Positions 59,448 to 64,000 of a stretch of DNA of 64,000 nt are shown in pieces. The stretch is from Fonticula alba ATCC 38817. Taxonomy: Eukaryota > Protista > Nucleariida. Position 1 is the stretch's first letter; the number at the start of each line of letters is the position of its first letter. The translations under genes and the position numbers were made by a program. The notes beneath the pieces are model-generated. The model searched no databases. It was not told where the DNA came from and worked only from the letters and a program-made list of their open reading frames with translations. The stretch lies in assembly GCA_000388065.2 (NCBI GenBank), contig KB932206.1; one strand, given 5' to 3'.

Positions 59448-59941
59448 CTCCGGCGCACGGTGCACAAATGGAGAGGAGGAAGGGCAGGCAGGGGAGACGG
59501 GGCGAGAAGGAGGGCGCGGGGAGGAGGGGCGGGGGGAGGGAGGGGAACACAGTGCCAGGGGGCCGGCGAGGGAGCAGGGGAGAAGGGGAGTAGCCAAGCG
59601 AGCGGCAGGCCCGCCCGGCAAGACGCAGCCCTCCCTGAAAGGAGATCTCAAAGGACGGCGCTGGACATCGAGCGAGCGTGACGAGGACGCGCGAAGGGGC
59701 CGGAGTGTGCAGCCAGCCGTGCATACCGAGCGCCGGCTGCAACTCCCATCTCTTTGTCCGGACCGGGGTCACCCGGCCCGAAGCGGCCCCCCGCCCCCGA
59801 CAGGGGACACAGCACCGTGCGCCGGCCGGGCGCCCCCGCCCCCCGCTCGCCGGACTGACGATCTGACCCGGACCAGGTCGTCACATGACACACGATGCTT
59901 TGTTTTCCCTGCCGCCTCCGACCGTCGCACCGGTGCGTGTG

Positions 59942-59975
<34 letters not shown>

Positions 59976-60158
59976 CCCACCACGCAGGCGTGCGCGAGCA
60001 TTTGAGGCGGGCAGGCGCGCCGACTTGGCCTCCCTCCCGAGACCTTCCAACAGACCCCNNNNNNNNNNNNNNNNNNNNNNNNNNNNNNNNNNNNNNNNNN
60101 NNNNNNNNNNNNNNCCCCCCCCCGCCGTTCGCCTCCTTTCTCTGCCCTCCTCCTCGCG

Positions 60159-61534
60159 ATGGTACTGGCGTCCCCTGTCCCATCACCTTCTCGCCTGCCC
60201 ACTTTGCTCCGCAGCCATCTGCGCGCCCCGCGCTGGCCGGCTCGCCCCCTCTCCGCTGCTCCCGCCATTGACGCCCTTGCCTCCCGAATCCGCCGGTAGA
60301 AATTCCGCTTTTGTGGCGACCTTGACTGCCCGGACTGGCTGCTGGCCGAGATCAGTCTCCTGAGCAAGTTGGTACGTCGGAATGCCGTCTCGCCCATCCT
60401 CCCCCGCGGTTGTCAAGCGACTGACGTCCAGCTTTCTCTCTCTCACACACACACACGGACATACATGGCCATATGCCTGCATAGACCTCCGTCCGTATCA
60501 AGTTGCTCAGCGTGCAGGTCATTCACGCCCTGACTGGCGGGCAGATCGACGTGCGTCTGTCCCCCCCCCCCCCCCCGCCCCCCGCGTGGCGTTCCCCCCT
60601 TTTGCCAGCATGTGTCTCGCCCCTCGCCTCCAGCCTGAATCGCCCGACTGACCGCCACTCCGAAGTATGACCGTGTTCACATGCTCGTGTCCATCATTCA
60701 CCTGAGCGAGGCCGACACCAAGGCCGTTCTGGCGGCCCTGTGGTTCATCATCTCCTCGGCCGCCCGCGTGGAGATCTCCCGCCCGGTCCTGGCGGATGAG
60801 CTCCAGCAGCTGGGTCTGCCGCGTGGTACGTGCTCTCCCGCCCCCGCCTCGCGCCCCTTCTCGCCGCCCGTTCCCTCCTTCCGGCCGGGGGAGCGGCGGG
60901 GCCGGGGCCGTCCCAGGGGAATATCCCCCCCCCCCCCTCCCCCTCTCCCCCGGCTGGCTCGGCCTTCCACCCTTCCTGACATCGGCCTCCGCCAGAGCAC
61001 TGCTTCTCCATCAGCAAGGCCTACGAGCAGCACCGGGTCCACATTGTTGGGTACCTGCGCCAGTCCTCGCTCCGGGGGCCGCGGCTGGTGGGCATGCCGG
61101 AGTGGCGCGTCGGGTACACCCTGGCCTCCGGGTCGACGACCGGCGGGGTGTGCTATTCGCACACCGCCAAGGCCGGGCCCTTTGCCACCCTCTCGCTCAA
61201 GTACCAGCCCTCGTACGAGGATCGCACGCTGCTGCGCCACACCCTGCAGGCCGCCACCGCCGGGGCCACCGGCCAGGTGAAGTCCCTCACCTTCGACATC
61301 GACCGCGACACCCTGTCCGTCCTGATCCGCGGTGCGTCCCTCCTCGGCGCACCTTGCCGCCGCCGCCGCTCGGGCCCTTTTCCGCCCTCTCCTCGCCCCT
61401 GCCCCCCGCCAGCGCGCCGCTCACCCGCCCGCACCGCTGCTCGTCTTGGGATTGGTGTCCTCCCCGTCGCAGAGCTCAAGGAGGCGCGCAAGTGCATCAT
61501 CTCCCCCCCGGCTGCCGCGGCCACCAACAACTAG
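60159..61534 (+). CDS. COMMD4: COMM domain protein 4 (Commander/CCC complex)
   Basis: An ATG-only first exon (60159-60161) splices to [24 protein letters not shown], the COMMD4-diagnostic N-terminus. It continues [18 protein letters not shown]...[11 protein letters not shown], the COMM domain WRVGYTLAS and ELKEARK. Stop at 61534. Confidence 0.95.
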
Positions 61535-61650
61535 GGCCCACCCCCCCCCCCCCCTTCTTTCCCGAAGTACGGGCGCGAGGAAGCGGCCCGCCCCTGCTTC
61601 GCCCCTCTCCCCCGCCTCTTTGTCTGTTGCGATCGAGATGATGAAAAAAA

Positions 61651-61656
61651 AATAAA
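61651..61656 (+). terminator. Possible polyadenylation signal for COMMD4
   Basis: AATAAA in an A-rich patch about 117 nt downstream of the stop codon. Confidence 0.35.
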
Positions 61657-64000
61657 ACCCCTCCTGACGGCGCGCTTTGCCAACCGGGACACACAGGGAG
61701 GGAGATGCGCCGGGAACAGGCCGGACTGGGGGTGCCCCGGCCGGCGGAGGGAGGACCCCAGGGGATGGCAGACGGGAAAGCGGCCCCACCGCGGCTTCGG
61801 GCAAACAGGAACTCCCGGCCAGAGGTGCGCCCGGCCGCCCTCCTCCCCACCCCCCCCCCCCCGCCACACCGCGAGACAGAATTCAATGTGTTAAGTATAA
61901 AAAAGGGGGGATAAGATGTGCAAGTCATTGGAGGCCGCAAGAGCACGGGAGAGGAGGCTCATACGATACTATGATGCTTGCTGGAGGCGCGAAGCCGCCA
62001 TGGATGTGTCCCACCGATGGTGGCACTCCCCCCGCGAACTCGACGCGGCGCACGCGCGGGGCCCACACCCTCCCCCCCCCACCAGGCCCTCTTCTCGACC
62101 GGATGTCCAGCCGCCGCGCGGGCACACAAGAGCGCATGCACGCACGCACGCACGCACACGCGCGAATGCCACAGCCCCACCCCCCGGACCCCGCAGCACC
62201 CCGCCCGCCCGACTCCAGGCCCCCAACAAGCCGACCAGCCCGCCGGCCGAATGCGCACGCACACCCCCCGACACACACACGTGGACGCACACGCACACCC
62301 ACCCGCACTCGCATGCATGCATGCATGCATGCGCGCGTGCAAATGCACACACATGCCAAAAGGCGCAAGCCATCTGTGAGTCCCCCTCCCCCTCTGACCG
62401 GCTGACGGGCACGCTCCGCCGCACGGCTCGCGCGCCCTGCTCCCCGGCACTCGGCCCCCCGCCGTCCATCCTCCCAGGACTCCACCTCGCGACAGAGCCC
62501 CCGCAAGCCCCTGGACACTGGCCACACGTGGACAGCCATGCGGATCTCGTGCACCACACACCCCGGGGCACGGACAGCCGGGCACAACCAACGACGCTCC
62601 CTCTCGGATCGCGCCGCCTCCGCCCGACGCAGACGCCTATCTCCCCGGTGGACGTGCATCCCGAAGAGCCCACCTCTCTCCCTGCGGCCGCCAAGCACAC
62701 GCCCACGTCCACACCCGCACAAGCGCACACACACACACCGACACACATGCAGGGGGGGCCGCCCCCTCCACATAGGGCGCGCGGGCGTATCCAGTGCGCA
62801 GACCTCCCCGGCGCCGGGACACCGGGCCCTGGAGCTCCGCGGAGACCGAGAACCGGAAACCGCGGCGGCTTGACACGGATCCACACACCCCAGGCGCCGG
62901 CTGCACCCGGAAAGCGCGACGCCGAGACCCCGCCCCGCCCCCCCCCCGAAAAAGGGGGGGGGGGCAGGAGGAGGACCGGCGCGCGCACCGGGACACAAGA
63001 AAGCCAAGAACCCAGTGAGGTCGGACCCGGCGCCCCGGACACCGAGGAGGCTTTGGGCAGCAGAGGACACGCGCGCGCGCGCCCGCGGAGTGTGCGGGGC
63101 AGAGTCCCTGCATGCGTGATGATGTGCGCTTGCGCGCTTGTGCTTGTGCGGAGATGCAGACAGGCCGGCGAGCACGCAGGGAAACAGGTGTGCCAAGAAG
63201 CACGCCCACCGGGGAAGGGCAGACTGCCGGGCAATGGCGACGGGCAGGAGAGGGGCGCCATTGGCCGTGGTTCCCCCGGAGCCCATGCGCACCGGTGGTG
63301 TGCGTGTGTGTGGAGCACAAGACCGATGGCAGTGTGACACAGCATCAAGAAGCCGAAGCAGCGGAGAAGCAACGAGGAGGAGAGAAAGGAAGGAAGACAG
63401 GGGAGAGGGAGGAGCAGGGCAGGACGAGCCGAGGAGAGAATACACGCCAGCCGGCGCAGGGGGGGGAAGGGCAGATGGCAAGCAGGCAGGCAAGCACATT
63501 TTCACACACACACACACGCACGCACACCGAGAGAGCGAGCGAGCGCGCGCGCACGCGAGCCACGCGTACGAGAGGCACACAAGCACACACGGCCAACGGC
63601 CAGACGACCAGGACGCCGGAGAAGGGGAAGAGCAAGGGAGGCACGAGAAAAAACCCGAGGGGCTGATGAGGGGCCAGCACGCGCGCGCGCGCGCGGTGGC
63701 GCGCACACACAGACGCACAAGTGTACACACGGGCGCGCACACACAACCATGCTGGGCTCACCCCCCTCCGAGGAGGGAAATGGGCTCACACACACGGCGG
63801 CCATGGCGGACAACGACCGGAGAAGAGGAGCACAGGCAGTTTGGGATGGAGGGCAGAGAGGCATTGGCGACGACGCGAAGGAGGGGGGAGGGTCGGCGGG
63901 CGGCAGAAAGGGGGGAGTCGAGGTGTCAAGCCAAACTCCTATGCTCGGCCCTCCGCACCGGGGACGGCAGCGAAGCGCCCCCCCCGGCGGCAGGCTTAAA

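Noticed and set aside
63662-63672. CTGATGAG, the hammerhead ribozyme core
   Set aside because: No downstream GAAA and no compatible stems.
61677-64000. Long overlapping ORFs (61916..63337 +, 61925..63742 -, 61969..63372 -)
   Set aside because: They are low-complexity, driven by (AC)n and GC richness, and have no domain motifs or coding-type codon bias. Treated as intergenic, UTR or intron.

Overview
GC-rich, intron-rich eukaryotic genomic DNA from a draft assembly with 13 N-gaps, most flanked by poly-G/C or (CT)n. It is not prokaryotic, and I found no rRNA, tRNA, CRISPR array or recognisable transposon. Introns are mostly GT-AG with GTGCGT/GTACGT donors and fungal-type CTGAC/CTAAC branch sites. 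The mix of a fungal-like Spc7 domain with Commander genes and a three-domain Paladin suggests an early-branching opisthokont (Fonticula-like); this is inference only. I reconstructed 17 protein-coding genes by manual splicing: an unknown gene (possibly Rrn9-like), a CYP86-clan-like P450, a PH-C1-RhoGAP lacking the arginine finger, EIPR1/TSSC1, a degenerate SRP receptor beta, a secreted Asp-box propeller, a NUDT7/8-type Nudix, an orphan, a coiled-coil/SAM/PVx-repeat/coactosin fusion, VPS26C, a second orphan, the C-terminal part of a fatty acyl-CoA reductase, Paladin, Spc105/KNL1, TAF11, a USP12/46-type deubiquitinase and COMMD4. The best leads are the SAM-spacer-ADF-H fusion with a probable GC-AG intron, two probable pseudo-enzymes, a KNL1 without canonical MELT motifs, and a plant-like P450 plus FAR pair. 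Several apparent repeats are assembly artefacts, including an Illumina adapter inside TAF11. No homology searches were run, so all family calls rest on motif recognition.
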